From positions 1 through 20,779 of the forward strand of contig NW_021823918.1 in assembly GCF_006345805.1 (NCBI RefSeq): a stretch of DNA of 20,779 bases, given 5' to 3'. Shown here one piece after another: positions 19,886 to 20,779 of the stretch; the first letter of the stretch is position 1, and every line of letters begins with the position of its first letter. The notes under the pieces are model-generated. The model did no database searches and was not told the DNA's origin. It was given only the letters and a program-made list of their open reading frames with translations. The translations under genes and the position numbers were made by a program. Source of the stretch: Octopus sinensis. Lineage: Eukaryota.

Positions 19886-19934
19886 TTAAAGACATATATA
19901 TATATATTTATATATATATATATATATATATATA
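19839..19934. repeat. (TA)n array
   Basis: Direct reading. Confidence 0.95.
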
Positions 19935-20779
19935 ATTGATCAAAATAAAATAAAAACATGATGCGAAGGATTCAGCAGTACATATGTTTCGGGCCTTTAT
20001 TAGACAGATTTATAACAATGCATAATGTATGTCTGTGGCCTTCTTCAGCCGCGCACAACAGCTTCCACAAGGACATGTGTTACATCAAAAATTCTTGGTT
20101 GGGGATGCAAATCCTCTCATTCACGTACGACATAATGCGGCAGCAGCATAGAATTGAAGCGTCCATCTCTTTCTTCTCTCAATGTAGAATGAGGAAAATT
20201 GGATGTTGAGGTAATGTAAATAAATAAATACATATATAGAGGTGAAGATGGAGGGGCGAGAGTTCGGGACGAGGGATAAAAAATGTATAAAAAGTGTAAG
20301 TATAGAATAATATAAACTATTACATTGTATTTCTTATTTTATACTGTATTTTTTATTTCTAATCTTTACCCTTACCCTCATTCTTACCCCTAACTTATCG
20401 CTTTACACCTCTATATATGTTTATTTACTTACCTATGGATCCACCTTTTGAATATACGAGCGTCCGCGTACGTGTGTGTACGCACACATACATATGCACG
20501 CGCATATATGTACATGCATACTTCGATATCTTATAGCTATACCCGTGTGCACGTGTGTCTCTCTGTGTGTGTATATGAGTGTATATGTGCACGCACATAC
20601 GGACACACAGCCGTGTGTGCGTGCGCATGTTGACATGAGTACGGGATTCTTTACTTATGTTCTTATACACATCCTTTAATATCTTATACCTGGACCTAGA
20701 GGCGTGGGCATATACGTGTGTGCATGTAGTGATGGGCGCGCGTATATACATGTGAGCGTGTACGCGCGTAATGTCCGTG
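19935..20779 (-). mobile_element. Hammerhead-bearing PLE pseudo-LTR / retrozyme-like repeat, running off the window
   Basis: Same layout as 5625-6430 (low-complexity CA/TG tract, hammerhead, short tail, (TA)n); unusually CpG-rich for this window. Confidence 0.5.
19975..20052 (-). ncRNA. Minimal type I hammerhead ribozyme motif
   Basis: Minus strand: GCGG-CTGAAGA-A-GGCC-(41 nt incl. ACAGA/TCTGT)-GGCC-C-GAAA-C-ATAT-G-TA-CTGC; both core boxes, three stems and a GUA cleavage triplet. Confidence 0.72.

Noticed and set aside
19958-20209. 83-aa + strand ORF
   Set aside because: No recognisable domain; lies antisense to the hammerhead-bearing repeat.

Overview
AT-rich, repeat-dense animal DNA, probably intronic or intergenic. 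The SINE/LINE families resemble those I recall from coleoid cephalopod (Octopus-like) genomes; this is an inference, as no search was run. No intact protein-coding gene is present, and most listed ORFs are microsatellite or TE artefacts. The main contents are: a full-length decayed Tc1-superfamily transposon with a DD36E triad and a nested retro-insertion (10446-11829); a 5'-truncated Penelope-like element (PLE) with a GIY-YIG endonuclease (about 5625-6943, -); CR1, L1/Tx1 and RTE LINE remnants; an internally deleted RTE; two tRNA-SINE families; a Helitron-like element holding a 105-codon open frame; two palindromic MITE-like elements; and one candidate 99-bp host exon (18136-18234, +). Three signals stand out. 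(i) A near-canonical minimal type I hammerhead ribozyme at 19975-20052 (-), with two degenerate relatives. (ii) A cluster of apparently locally templated insertions, several with microhomology junctions, the most complex being a three-part patchwork at 3331-3730. (iii) The DD36E (Incomer-type) transposase in what appears to be a mollusc.
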